Of a DNA stretch of 64,000 bases, positions 49,491 to 59,899 are shown one piece after another. The position numbers and the translations under genes are program-made. How positions within the stretch are numbered: the first letter of the stretch is position 1; each line of letters starts with the position of its first letter. The DNA is from an uncultured Candidatus Saccharibacteria bacterium (GTDB lineage Bacteria; Patescibacteriota; Saccharimonadia; CAILAD01; CAZGYV01): the NCBI GenBank assembly GCA_964530725.1, contig CAZGYV010000001.1:15829-79828 (forward strand), written 5' to 3'. The notes under the pieces are model-generated. The model was not told the DNA's origin. It was given only the letters and a program-made list of their open reading frames with translations, and searched no databases.

Positions 49491-50810
49491 CTACAACTCG
49501 CAAGCGGCTCGAAAAGCGTCGCCGCGCTGAGCGTAACCTGTGAACATATCAAAGCTGGCACAGGCTGGTGATAACAGCACCACATCGCCCGCTTGAGCGG
49601 CCTGACGCGACAGACGGACGGCCTGCTTGAGACCATCGGCTTGCTGAAAATGATGATAATTAGCCACCGCCAGGCACTTAGCAATTCTAGCTGCCATCTC
49701 GCCCATTAAAACGACTTGCTTGACATTTGACTTGGCTATGGCCGCGGCTAGCTGGGTGAAATCATGGCCCTTGTCCGAGCCGCCCAAGATTAGTATTTTT
49801 GGCTCATCGAGCGACTCGATCGCCGCGATGGCAGTGGCCGGATTGGTTGAAATTGAATCGTCGATATAGCGCACGCCAGCACTCGTTGCCACGACCTCCA
49901 GACGATGCGGCAGCGGCTTGAAGCTTTTAACGGCTCTGATAATCACCTCCTTGTCGCCGACTATCTCCCAAGTAGCAGCGATCGCAGCAGCCACATTTTG
50001 CAGGTTATGGCGGCCAAGCAAGGGGATGTCACTAACAGCGACAATCGGCTCGGCACCATACCAGATCCAACCCGCCCGCTCACTGACGCCATTTGGCAAA
50101 TAAAGCTGATTACTAAAGGGCAGCCGGCTCTCGGCCCGCGAAAACTGCACGGCGGCCTTACTAATCTCGTTGTCATCACAATAAATGGCTTTGTCAGCCG
50201 GACCTTGGTGGGCGAAAATCTGCTTTTTCGCCGCGACATACTCCTCCATATCGGCATGCGCGTCCATATGATCTTCGACGATCATTAGCATGACGGCGAT
50301 ATGCGGGCTTTTCTGAAGATCTTGGAGCTGAAAACTTGACAGCTCAAAAACCACGTAATCATCCTTCTCGATCTTGGGCAGTACATCGAGAGCTGGCTTG
50401 CCAATATTACCGACTAACCAGACCTTTTTACCAGCCGCTTCCAATATGACGGCAATTAGGCTCGATGTCGTACCCTTGCCTTTGGTACCGGTCACGCCAA
50501 TTATCTGAGCCGGACAATGATCGAAAAATTCTTGCGTCAAAGAGCTTAAGTGAGTCTTGACCTTGAGCATCGTTGGCAAAATATTGGCCGTGCGATAGAC
50601 CCGATCATAGCCCTTAAAATCTAAGCCGGCAAAGCCATTGATCGAGCCAACATTAATCGCTTCGACAGCCTTGGGCAAATGATTGATTGGCGAGCTCGCG
50701 GCGGTTTTGTTGTTTGTGTAGTAAAAAATAGTAACCTGAGACGTGCGAGCGCGAAAGTACTTGACCAGACTCTCACCCTCTATGCCATAGCCAAGAACCG
50801 CTATTTTCAT
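49491..50810 (-). CDS. murD: UDP-N-acetylmuramoylalanine--D-glutamate ligase
   Basis: IGVTGTKGKGTTSSLIA P-loop and Mur-ligase middle and C-terminal domains; 439 aa. Confidence 0.9.
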   Translation of the reverse strand: MKIAVLGYGIEGESLVKYFRARTSQVTIFYYTNNKTAASSPINHLPKAVEAINVGSINGFAGLDFKGYDRVYRTANILPTMLKVKTHLSSLTQEFFDHCPAQIIGVTGTKGKGTTSSLIAVILEAAGKKVWLVGNIGKPALDVLPKIEKDDYVVFELSSFQLQDLQKSPHIAVMLMIVEDHMDAHADMEEYVAAKKQIFAHQGPADKAIYCDDNEISKAAVQFSRAESRLPFSNQLYLPNGVSERAGWIWYGAEPIVAVSDIPLLGRHNLQNVAAAIAATWEIVGDKEVIIRAVKSFKPLPHRLEVVATSAGVRYIDDSISTNPATAIAAIESLDEPKILILGGSDKGHDFTQLAAAIAKSNVKQVVLMGEMAARIAKCLAVANYHHFQQADGLKQAVRLSRQAAQAGDVVLLSPACASFDMFTGYAQRGDAFRAACEL

Positions 50811-53407
50811 CGTCGCTTTTTCTTCTTTGCCTTTTTACTTTTTTTGGCGGCGCGGACTGGCTTAGACGGACCGCGTTGAGTAGTACGAGTGCGAGCATTG
50901 GTCTTGCCGCTTTGTTCAGCCTCGGCCTCGTTAGCCGAAGACGAAGCAATGGCCGTTTTAGCGCCCTTGGTAATGTCTGTCTCGATTGGCGGCGGGGCGG
51001 ACTCGATATTAATCGCGACTTTGAAAATCGTCGAGGCGATCTCGGCGTTAATGCTACGCTCAAGCCGGCGAAACATAGTAAAAGCCTCGGCCTTATACTC
51101 GACTAGCGGGTCACGCTGGCCGTAGCCACGCAGGCCAATACCAGCCCGCAAGTGGTCCATCGCTTCTAGGTGATACAGCCAGGCGCTATCAATCACCTTC
51201 AAGCAAACTAATCGCTCCATGATCCGGACGCCCTCTTCGCCAAACTGCGCTTCTCGATCTTGATAAACCTTGTCAGCTATTCGCATCAGATCGTCCACGA
51301 CGTCGGCGGCGAGCTTTGACTTAGTAGTTTTTGCCCAACCTTCAGGTACAGGAATAATGTTATTAGCCGCTTCGCCAATCTTGTCGATTGCCACGTCGCC
51401 GGTTTTTTCATTCACATTAGCAGTGTAAATAGCACTAAATTCATCTTTGATGAGTCCAGTAATTTCTTGCTTGAGAGTTTTGTTGTCAAGTACGTTACGG
51501 CGCCGAACATAGATAATTTCACGGTGTGAATTCATAACGTCATCGTATTCGACTAAGTGTTTGCGAATATCAAAATTATGACCCTCGACCTTTTTCTGGG
51601 CCGCCTCGAGTGATCGCGTGATCATAGCGTTCTCAATCGGCATATCCTCTGGTAGCTTGAGGGTGTTCATGACAGACGCTATCCGCTCCGAGCCGAATAT
51701 CCGCATCAGATCATCATCTAAGCTAACGAAAAACTGGCTTGAACCCGGGTCACCCTGACGGCCGGCTCGACCGCGCAACTGGTTGTCAATGCGGCGCGAT
51801 TCGTGGCGCTCGGTACCAAGGACGTGCAGGCCACCGAGCTTATCAACACCTTCACCCAATACAATGTCCGTACCACGACCAGCAATATTGGTCGCTAGCG
51901 TAACGGCCCCGCGTTGGCCAGCCGAGGCGATAATATCTGCTTCTTGCTCGTTATTCTTAGCATTCAAAATCTGGTGCGGAATTTTAGCGCTTTTGAGCAT
52001 GCGACTTAAAAGCTCGTTTTTCTCAATGCTGACAGTTCCTATCAGTACTGGCTGACCGATTTGATGACGATGACCAACTTCGCCCACGACAGCTTCGAAT
52101 TTAGCCTGCTCGGTCTTATAGATGCGATCTTTGAGATCGTCACGCACCATCGGCATGTGGGTTGGGATCGAGGTCACCTCAAGCTTATAAATCTTGGAAA
52201 ATTCCTCGGCTTCGGTAGCGGCCGTGCCAGTCATGCCAGCAAGTTTGTCGTATAAGCGGAATAGATTTTGAAAAGTCACTGTCGCTAGGGTCTGGCTTTC
52301 CTGCTGGATCGGTACAGCTTCCTTGGCCTCAATCGCCTGGTGTAAACCCTCGCTATAACGGCGGCCAGGTAGTAAACGGCCGGTAAATTCATCGACGATT
52401 ATGATTTCGCCATCGGGATTAACAACATAGTCGCGGTCGCGCTTAAAAATTGCCTCGGCCTTGAGGGCCGCTTCGATATGATGCACTTCTTCTAGTCGGC
52501 CAGCTTCGTAAACATTATCGACGCCCAGAGCCTTCTCGATCGCCGCGATACCGTCATCGGTCAAGCTGACGGCTTTTTGCTTTTCGTCGAGCGTGTAATC
52601 TGTCTCATGTTTAAGATTTTGGGCGATCTTAGCAAAAGCGTAGTAGCGGTCGGTCGATTTGGCATGTGGCTGGGAAATAATCAACGGCGTCCGCGCTTCA
52701 TCGATCAAAATCGAGTCAACCTCATCGACAATGGCAAAATTCAACGGTCGCTGCGTCACCTGCGCCAGATCCTGCACCATGTTGTCGCGCAAATAATCAA
52801 AACCGTATTCGTTGTTCGTACCATAAGTAATATCAGCCGCGTAAGCCTGCTGACGAGTAACCGGGCGCAGATGCCGCAAGCGCTCGTCGCCATGGCTCTC
52901 ATCAGCATACTCCGGGTCATAAATAAGGCTTTGATCGTGAATGATCACGCCAGTTGATAGACCAAGAAAATGGTATATCTGTGCCATCCAACCAGCATCA
53001 CGGCGAGCTAAGTAATCGTTGACAGTGATCACATGTACACCTTTGCCAGTTAGGGCGTTAAGGTAGACCGGTGCGGTTGCTACCAGCGTTTTTCCCTCAC
53101 CAGTGCGCATTTCGGCAATTTTGCCCTGGTGCAAGACCATGCCGCCGATCAACTGGACATCAAAATGGCGCATGCCAAGCACACGGCGGCTGGCTTCGCG
53201 CGCAACAGCAAAAGCCTCGGGCAAGATGTCATCAAGACTTTTGCCTTTGTCTAGGGCAGCTTTAAAATCATCGGTTTTAGCCGCCAGCAGCTTATCGGAA
53301 AGCTTTTTTAAGTCTCCTTCGTAAGAATTAATTTGCTCGGCGACCACGCGATCTTTTTTAATCTCGCGCGCGTTCGAATCACCAAAAATACTAGTCAAAA
53401 TCGACAT
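50807..53407 (-). CDS. secA: preprotein translocase ATPase SecA
   Basis: MRTGEGKTLVA, VTVNDYLARRD, DEVDSILIDEARTPLIIS and ATNIAGRGTDI; 866 aa with a Lys-rich C-terminal tail. Confidence 0.97.
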   Translation of the reverse strand: MSILTSIFGDSNAREIKKDRVVAEQINSYEGDLKKLSDKLLAAKTDDFKAALDKGKSLDDILPEAFAVAREASRRVLGMRHFDVQLIGGMVLHQGKIAEMRTGEGKTLVATAPVYLNALTGKGVHVITVNDYLARRDAGWMAQIYHFLGLSTGVIIHDQSLIYDPEYADESHGDERLRHLRPVTRQQAYAADITYGTNNEYGFDYLRDNMVQDLAQVTQRPLNFAIVDEVDSILIDEARTPLIISQPHAKSTDRYYAFAKIAQNLKHETDYTLDEKQKAVSLTDDGIAAIEKALGVDNVYEAGRLEEVHHIEAALKAEAIFKRDRDYVVNPDGEIIIVDEFTGRLLPGRRYSEGLHQAIEAKEAVPIQQESQTLATVTFQNLFRLYDKLAGMTGTAATEAEEFSKIYKLEVTSIPTHMPMVRDDLKDRIYKTEQAKFEAVVGEVGHRHQIGQPVLIGTVSIEKNELLSRMLKSAKIPHQILNAKNNEQEADIIASAGQRGAVTLATNIAGRGTDIVLGEGVDKLGGLHVLGTERHESRRIDNQLRGRAGRQGDPGSSQFFVSLDDDLMRIFGSERIASVMNTLKLPEDMPIENAMITRSLEAAQKKVEGHNFDIRKHLVEYDDVMNSHREIIYVRRRNVLDNKTLKQEITGLIKDEFSAIYTANVNEKTGDVAIDKIGEAANNIIPVPEGWAKTTKSKLAADVVDDLMRIADKVYQDREAQFGEEGVRIMERLVCLKVIDSAWLYHLEAMDHLRAGIGLRGYGQRDPLVEYKAEAFTMFRRLERSINAEIASTIFKVAINIESAPPPIETDITKGAKTAIASSSANEAEAEQSGKTNARTRTTQRGPSKPVRAAKKSKKAKKKKRR

Positions 53408-53480
53408 TAAATATCTTCTCTTTCTTTTCTAATTCTGTAAAATTATAGCTCAGATTAGCTCAATCAGTCGAGGATAAGTA

Positions 53481-53849
53481 TTACTCATCATCCGACACCT
53501 GAGTGCGCTTAGCCAGCCACTCCTTAACCCGTGAGCGCTTAACACCGTGCTTATCCTTGTACTTACGGATTTGCAGCTTGAGTTTCTCCTCGACAATATC
53601 AACACCAGCATAGGGGTTGAGCGTAGCCGTATCGGCCACTATATCCGGTCCTGGCACCTCGAGATAGGCTTTGACTTTGTATTTATTGTCTTCTTTGCCG
53701 GAAGGGTCACGAAAAATCTCTACTCGCATCGCTTTGGCCTTATGCTGTCGAGGTAAATAGCGGTCGAGCCGACCGAGTTTACGCTCGACATAGGCTTCTA
53801 GGTCCGCATCAATTTCATATTGGCGGCTGGATAATTGAACTTTTATCAT
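53481..53849 (-). CDS. hpf: ribosome hibernation promoting factor / S30EA family (short form)
   Basis: IDADLEAYVERKLGRLDRYL and the 122-aa size fit HPF/RaiA. Confidence 0.8.
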   Translation of the reverse strand: MIKVQLSSRQYEIDADLEAYVERKLGRLDRYLPRQHKAKAMRVEIFRDPSGKEDNKYKVKAYLEVPGPDIVADTATLNPYAGVDIVEEKLKLQIRKYKDKHGVKRSRVKEWLAKRTQVSDDE

Positions 53850-53859
53850 CTCTTCCTCC

Positions 53860-55086
53860 TTATAGATTATTTGACCCGTAGTATTTTTGCAGCGCTTGCG
53901 GAATTTTTATTTCGCCAGCTTTTGTTTGGTGGTTTTCGAGCAGAGCGATAGTGGTTCGGCTGGATGTGACGGCCGTGCCATTGAGCGTGTGCGCATAGGC
54001 CAGCTTACCATCTTCATCGCGGTAGCGAATGTTGAGGCGCCTTGCCTGATAGTCAGTACAGTCAGAGCAGCTGGTCAGCTCACGATAACTATTGTCGGCT
54101 GGCGACCAATATTCGATATCGTACTTTTCGTAAGCTGGTGCGCTCAAATCTCCAGCCGCGATTCTTACCACTCGATAAGGAATTTCTAATTGTTGGCAGA
54201 TTTCCTCCTCAAGCTGCTTGATTTTAGCAAGCATTTCGGCTGATTGGCTAGGGCCACAAAAAATATACATTTCAAGCTTGTCGAACTGGTGAACCCGGTA
54301 CAGCCCTTTTGAGAACTTGCCGTAAGCCCCGGCTTCCTTGCGATAGCAGGGTGATAGAGCCGCCAGCAGCTTGGGTGCACTCAAATCAATCGTTTCTCCG
54401 GCAAACATGCCAGTTAGGGGGATTTCGGCCGTAGCGATCAAGTGTAAGTTCTCACCCTCAATCTTATATATTTGATCTTCATCGCCGCGTGGCGAGAAAC
54501 CAGTACCCTCGGCGATCTGCTCGGTAACCATATGTGGCACCGACACCATGGTAAACCCAGCCGCCCGCAACATATCCATCGCCAAGCTATTGACCGCCCA
54601 GCTTAGGCGCACCAGCTTGTCTAGGCCGTAGTAAAACTTACTGCCCGCCACTCGAGCACCGGCTTCAAAGTCAAAAAGGCCGAGCTTTTGTGATAAAGTG
54701 ACGTGATCAAGGGGTTCAAAATCGAACTTTGGCTTTTCGCCACTAGTTTTGTCTTGGCGATTATTTTTTTCATCACCATCTGGCGTATTTGAGGCGATTA
54801 AATTCGGTACTTGAGCTAAGAGTTGCTGATAATCCTCTACCGCCCGCTGATAATTCTTGCTAGCCACCTCATAGGCGGCTTTGATTTTTTGCATTTTTTC
54901 AAGCTCTTGAGCAGTCGGCTTGCCATCTAGCTTAAGCTTGGCACGTAAATCTTCTGATTTTTGCTGCAGCTCAATACGTTCTTTGTCGAGGCCGAATAGC
55001 TTGTCTAAGTCTATTTTTAGGCCGCGGCGCTTGATACTATCCTTGACCTCATCTGGATGTTCCCGAATATATCGAATATCTAACAT
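53860..55086 (-). CDS. serS: serine--tRNA ligase
   Basis: MLDIRYIREHPD, an N-terminal coiled-coil arm, and class II motifs (FRKEAG-like YRKEAGAYG; TLNGTAV). Confidence 0.95.
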   Translation of the reverse strand: MLDIRYIREHPDEVKDSIKRRGLKIDLDKLFGLDKERIELQQKSEDLRAKLKLDGKPTAQELEKMQKIKAAYEVASKNYQRAVEDYQQLLAQVPNLIASNTPDGDEKNNRQDKTSGEKPKFDFEPLDHVTLSQKLGLFDFEAGARVAGSKFYYGLDKLVRLSWAVNSLAMDMLRAAGFTMVSVPHMVTEQIAEGTGFSPRGDEDQIYKIEGENLHLIATAEIPLTGMFAGETIDLSAPKLLAALSPCYRKEAGAYGKFSKGLYRVHQFDKLEMYIFCGPSQSAEMLAKIKQLEEEICQQLEIPYRVVRIAAGDLSAPAYEKYDIEYWSPADNSYRELTSCSDCTDYQARRLNIRYRDEDGKLAYAHTLNGTAVTSSRTTIALLENHQTKAGEIKIPQALQKYYGSNNL

Positions 55087-55126
55087 GATTCTATTATACG
55101 CTCATTCTCTACCCATGAGCAAAAGC

Positions 55127-56698
55127 TTATGCTTGGCGCTTAAGCCGATTAATAACGAAATTTTGCTCCAAATTACTCAAAAAATAACCGATTTTGGGCC
55201 CAACCGCCTGACCTAGAAATAGCTGATAGAGCAGCGCGAAAGCTTCAGCTGGCTTAATCTGAGCCTCGATGGCACCGGCATAAACGCTATCGTGAATGGC
55301 TTGAGCAGTGAAGTCGCTCTTGGTAAGCGTAGTGGCCAATTCGTCCAAGAACCGTGCTTGGGTCTTGGACAATTCGATTACTGGACAATCTTTTTGCAGC
55401 TCAAATTTAATATTGTCAGGCGCGTATTTATCGAGCCAATTAGCCACAAAATCTAGCTCGCGCTCGATTACTGGCCAGTCCTTTTCTACTGTCGCCCCAA
55501 AACCACTACGGCGCAGTATCTCACGCAGCTGGTCTTGATTGTCACGAGCGGTTTGAGCAGCGAAGACGAGGTGATTAAACGGCACACCCGAAACGGTCCG
55601 AACCGCCGCGCCACCAAGGTCGCGAGAGAACAGCAGCGCCTCTGCAAATTCCGGCTTAGGGCTAGCATCAACTTGCCCCTCAACCACAGAATATTCTTCC
55701 AGTAAGTTATAGAGTCCACGGTGCAGGTCAAAATCAAGCTGCTTCTCGGGCCGAGACTTGATCACAAAATAGCGCAGTACTTCCGCGGGCATGACCTCCA
55801 AGACCTGGGCGGGCGTATATAGATTACCCTTGCTAGAGCTCATTTTCTTGGTGTCACCTTTGAGATGAATATTGCCATATTGCGCCCCAGGCACGGGAGG
55901 CTCGAAGCCAAAAACCTCACGGGCAATTCGCGCGCCCGTATCATAACTGCCACCAGCCGCACCATGCTCCTGATGCGAAAAGGGCTCCACCATCACACCC
56001 AGAACCTGCCAGCGAACCGGCCACTCTAAGCGCCAATTCATCTTGACACCCCCTTTAGTATAATCAACCTCATTGATAGTACGGGCCGATTTGTCCCAGC
56101 TCGACAACTGACCCTGCTCAAATTGCCCGCCAGCCGTCATCACCTGTAGCGGCGTCCAATCCGCCTCCAGCTGGCGATTGCTAATGCTTTCTAGAATTGT
56201 CCGCACCGAGTCGATTTTCTCTAGAACTTGCTCGATGGCAGACGTCATCTGGCCAGATAAATATAACTCTGAATTACGCACCACTCGGGTTGGCGCAATA
56301 CCCATCTGCCTGGCGTAGTCTTCGAAATTAGCATAAAAATGTTCAGCGTAGCTGACATGGCAATTGCCTTCTGGATCGGGCACTTTAAAAAGTGGCCAGC
56401 CAACGTATTTTTCATACTCTGGCGGTAAAAAATCATAGCGCCGGCGTAGCGGATCGAAGTCATCAATCACATGCACATGTTCGACCGTGCGACCATCTTG
56501 ACGTAGCCGCCAGCAGATCGCCTCAGCTGTCAGAATTTCGCGAAAATGACCAATATGGTAGTGCGCCGAGGGCGAGATACCGGAACTAACAATAATCTTG
56601 CCGTCAGGATGTCGCTTGGCAATATCGGCCGTCGCTATATCGAGCCAAAATTTCGATTGCGTTTTGTCTGCTTGATTCATTTTTTTATTATATACCAT
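55127..56698 (-). CDS. lysK: lysine--tRNA ligase, class I
   Basis: SGISPSAHYHIGHFREI (HIGH-type) and KMSSSKGN (KMSKS-type), with the class I LysRS layout; 523 aa. The start could be 56680. Confidence 0.8.
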   Translation of the reverse strand: MVYNKKMNQADKTQSKFWLDIATADIAKRHPDGKIIVSSGISPSAHYHIGHFREILTAEAICWRLRQDGRTVEHVHVIDDFDPLRRRYDFLPPEYEKYVGWPLFKVPDPEGNCHVSYAEHFYANFEDYARQMGIAPTRVVRNSELYLSGQMTSAIEQVLEKIDSVRTILESISNRQLEADWTPLQVMTAGGQFEQGQLSSWDKSARTINEVDYTKGGVKMNWRLEWPVRWQVLGVMVEPFSHQEHGAAGGSYDTGARIAREVFGFEPPVPGAQYGNIHLKGDTKKMSSSKGNLYTPAQVLEVMPAEVLRYFVIKSRPEKQLDFDLHRGLYNLLEEYSVVEGQVDASPKPEFAEALLFSRDLGGAAVRTVSGVPFNHLVFAAQTARDNQDQLREILRRSGFGATVEKDWPVIERELDFVANWLDKYAPDNIKFELQKDCPVIELSKTQARFLDELATTLTKSDFTAQAIHDSVYAGAIEAQIKPAEAFALLYQLFLGQAVGPKIGYFLSNLEQNFVINRLKRQA

Positions 56699-56757
56699 GA
56701 CAGATCAAAAACCCGGCTTTTTATCACCGGGCTTTTTAAAGTCTCAACTTATATTTT

Positions 56758-57225
56758 CTACTTGATCTTAATGATTTTGTACACTACTGTGCCGGTTGGG
56801 ATTTCAACTTCTATTTGCTCACCAGGCTTCTTACCGAGTAGCGCGCGGCCAATCGGTGATTCGTTGGAGATCTTGCCCGACTCCAAATCGGCTTCAGTTG
56901 ACCCTACAATCTGAAACTGTTGAGTGCCATCCTCCAGCTCGACATGCACAGTCGAGCCGACCGCAACGACGTCGCCAGTACCACTTTCCTCGATGATTTT
57001 AGCGTTTTTTAGGATATTTTCTATCTCGCTAATTCTGCCCTCAATAAAAGCCTGGCGATCTTTAGCATCATCCCAGCTCGCGTTCTCGCTCAAATCACCA
57101 AATTCGCGAGCTTCTTTAAGAGCCTTGGCGACCTCTTTGCGCTTATTCTTGACTAAGTCATCAAGCTCTTCGCGCAACTTATCCGCGCCTTCTGGCGTTA
57201 AATAAAATTCTTTTTTCTTGTTCAT
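56758..57225 (-). CDS. greA: transcription elongation factor GreA
   Basis: YLTPEGADKLREELDDL...GDLSENASWDDAKDRQAFIEGRISEIE. I prefer the third in-frame ATG (GGAGG 9 nt upstream). Confidence 0.9.
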   Translation of the reverse strand: MNKKKEFYLTPEGADKLREELDDLVKNKRKEVAKALKEAREFGDLSENASWDDAKDRQAFIEGRISEIENILKNAKIIEESGTGDVVAVGSTVHVELEDGTQQFQIVGSTEADLESGKISNESPIGRALLGKKPGEQIEVEIPTGTVVYKIIKIK

Positions 57226-57413
57226 TTCACCCATCCTCCCCATCGCTCGCGAGATATATAATCACGACCGATCATTGAAAATTGATTAAAGTAAAAAAGG
57301 CTTTTTTACGGCCCGTACGTACGTTGGAATTGTGTTTAGTCAGTCTTTGAGAATTAAATACAGAATCATTCTCGCACCAACATTATAAGCTGTCAAGTCA
57401 CGCTTCTGATCTG

Positions 57414-59387
57414 CTAATTCGGCCGGCCGCCAAAATACCATTTCAAGCTGTTGCGCACCACCGGAGCCGCGAAATCTGCTCCTTCGCCAGAGTTTTCAAC
57501 CAATACCACCATGACGACTTTCGGGTTATCAGCTGGCGCGTAGGCCGTAAACCAGGCGTGCGGCTTAGTTCGCGGATTCTTACCATCAAAACCCTCCGAG
57601 CTTGTCTCGGCCGTACCAGTCTTACCAGCCACCGATACTGGTACTTCGCCCTTGAATTTGCAGCAAGCCGTACCTTCCTCGATCGCCCCACGCATGCCCT
57701 GCTGGACCACCCGCAAATACTCGGATTTCACAACATCCTTATCGACTATCTCCGGCTTAATCTGACGTATTACCTTGCCATCGGGCGAAACCACCTCTTT
57801 GGCCAAATGCGGCTTGTAGATGGTGCCACCGTTCGCAATCGCACTGGTCGCTATTAACATTTGGAGTGGCGTGGCTCGTAAATCGCCCTGACCAATTGAT
57901 AGGTTATAGGTATCGCCAACGAACCAGCTTTCCTTGGTGCGAGCTTTTTTTGTCTCTGGACTTGGCACCGAGCCAGCTGATTCGTCTGCTATATCGAGGC
58001 CGGTTTTACGGCCAAAGCCAAATTTATGATAATAATTCAAAAGCTTTGTAATGCCTAGGCCGCGAAACTGCTCAAAGCCGCCGCCGACCATGTAGTAAAA
58101 GATATCTGAGCTCCAAGCTATAGCTCGTACCACATTGACAACCCCCAGCCCCTCCGGCTTCCAGCCTTTAAAGGTATAAACAATCGAGGGATTGTACTGG
58201 TTCTTGACTTCCAACTTGCCCCTATCGACTACCGTTGTCGATGGACTAACTACACCTTCCTGCAGCGCCGCCGCCGAGACGATCGGCTTAATCACTGAGC
58301 CGACCGGATAACCGCCAATGGTGGCCTTGTTAAACAATGGCTTATTCGGGTCATTGAGAAGCTTTTGGTAATCTGCTTGGCTAATACCGGCCGCAAAGAG
58401 ATTATTGTCATAGCTTGGATAGTTAACTGCCGCCAGTATCTGGCCATTACTCGGATCCATCGCCACCGCCACGCCGCGGCCAGAGCCAGCCCGATCAACC
58501 TCAGCTTTGAGATATTGAGCGACTTTCTTCTCAAAGCCATTATCAACGCTCAATACCAGACTGTTGCCTGGCTTAGCGTCAGCCGAGGCCAGAGAACGAA
58601 CTTGGCGGCCGCTAGCGTCAACTTCTACCTGCTCGCTACCATCCATGCCTTTAAGGTCCTGCTCGTAAGCCTTCTCGAGGCCATTTTTACCAATATTGTC
58701 AGTCGGCTGATAATCAGGGTGGCGCTTAACCTCTTCGGCCGAAATACGGCCAATGTAGCCAATAAAATGCGATAACAAGCCGCCATCCAGATATTCACGC
58801 GAAGGATTGGTGTCGATCGAAAAGCCGATTACCTGGCGTGATTTTTCATCAAGCGCCAAAGCCTTGTCGCGCTCTACCTTGTCAGTGATTAAAATCGGCT
58901 GCGGGTAATCGAGCCCTTTGCTCTCGGCTATTTTTTTAATCTCGTCCTCGCTGCGATTGATTAACTTGGCAACCACGCCATAGGCCGCAGTCCGCTCTTC
59001 GGCCTTATTTGCCAGCTGACTCGGGACGACTACTAGATCAAAATTTGCCACATTACGAGTCAATAGCTCGTTATTACGATCATAAATCGCTCCGCGCGGC
59101 GCCCTGATCACCTTCTGCCTAATGCGATTGTCATTAGCCAGCAAAGCATTGCGCTGACCATTGACAACTTGGAGGTCAAACAACCGCCCTATTAGCACCA
59201 AGACGACGACACCGATGACAGCGACTAAGTATTTCAGATAACCCCCACCCAGCGGCTCTTCTATCTGGCCGCCTTCGCTGCCGGCCAAAATAGCCGTCGA
59301 CCAATTTTCGCTAGCACGAACCTTCTCCTCCTTCTTAGAGGTTTTATAGCTATAAGCGTCTTCCTTAAAATTGCCAAAAAGACTCAT
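57414..59387 (-). CDS. mrdA: penicillin-binding protein 2 (elongation transpeptidase)
   Basis: SxxK (GSVIKP), SxD/N and KTGTAE motifs, with an N-terminal TM anchor. Lies directly downstream of mreD. Confidence 0.9.
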   Translation of the reverse strand: MSLFGNFKEDAYSYKTSKKEEKVRASENWSTAILAGSEGGQIEEPLGGGYLKYLVAVIGVVVLVLIGRLFDLQVVNGQRNALLANDNRIRQKVIRAPRGAIYDRNNELLTRNVANFDLVVVPSQLANKAEERTAAYGVVAKLINRSEDEIKKIAESKGLDYPQPILITDKVERDKALALDEKSRQVIGFSIDTNPSREYLDGGLLSHFIGYIGRISAEEVKRHPDYQPTDNIGKNGLEKAYEQDLKGMDGSEQVEVDASGRQVRSLASADAKPGNSLVLSVDNGFEKKVAQYLKAEVDRAGSGRGVAVAMDPSNGQILAAVNYPSYDNNLFAAGISQADYQKLLNDPNKPLFNKATIGGYPVGSVIKPIVSAAALQEGVVSPSTTVVDRGKLEVKNQYNPSIVYTFKGWKPEGLGVVNVVRAIAWSSDIFYYMVGGGFEQFRGLGITKLLNYYHKFGFGRKTGLDIADESAGSVPSPETKKARTKESWFVGDTYNLSIGQGDLRATPLQMLIATSAIANGGTIYKPHLAKEVVSPDGKVIRQIKPEIVDKDVVKSEYLRVVQQGMRGAIEEGTACCKFKGEVPVSVAGKTGTAETSSEGFDGKNPRTKPHAWFTAYAPADNPKVVMVVLVENSGEGADFAAPVVRNSLKWYFGGRPN

Positions 59388-59899
59388 TTTAACTTACCCA
59401 GTTTATAGGTGTGGCTAGTCTTATTGCGGCCGGTGATAGTATAGATCACCCCAAAAGCCACAAAGGCCAGTACTACATTATATAACACTTCAATACCCAA
59501 AAACTTAAGCGAGTACAAGTCAAGAGACTGATTAGGAGTCCCAATCAAGCCCAGCGACATCACAATCGAATAAAAAACCGTGCCGAAGCCGATTACAATT
59601 AGCGCATAAGTATTGCGCGCCGGTGATTCGCCGAGGGAAAGAATAATTTTGATAATGATCACCAATAAAACATAAAAAGCCATATTGATACCAAAATCAT
59701 TACCACTGTATAGATCGAGAATGAAGCCGCCGCCAAGAGCTAGCCATACAAGGCTCGAATAATCCCAAAATAAACTGGCTACGACCAAATAAACCAATAA
59801 AAAGTTAGGCGTTACCCTGTTTTGACCGACCAAGCTAAGCGCTGACGCTTGAGCGAACACGGCCGCGAGCATTAAGCCGATTTGCCAGACGCGGCGCAT
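59384..59899 (-). CDS. mreD: rod shape-determining protein MreD
   Basis: 171-aa polytopic membrane protein between mreC and PBP2, with overlapping start and stop codons. Confidence 0.7.
   Translation of the reverse strand: MRRVWQIGLMLAAVFAQASALSLVGQNRVTPNFLLVYLVVASLFWDYSSLVWLALGGGFILDLYSGNDFGINMAFYVLLVIIIKIILSLGESPARNTYALIVIGFGTVFYSIVMSLGLIGTPNQSLDLYSLKFLGIEVLYNVVLAFVAFGVIYTITGRNKTSHTYKLGKLK

Noticed and set aside
57244-57413. greA-PBP2 spacer with an A8/T8 hairpin (GTAAAAAAggcTTTTTTAC) and a CGTACGTACG palindrome, considered as a third copy of the 95-nt element
   Set aside because: It shares none of the conserved blocks (GTTCAAGGAA, GAGGCGTA, TTCTGACNCAGAA). It is probably just a terminator/promoter spacer.
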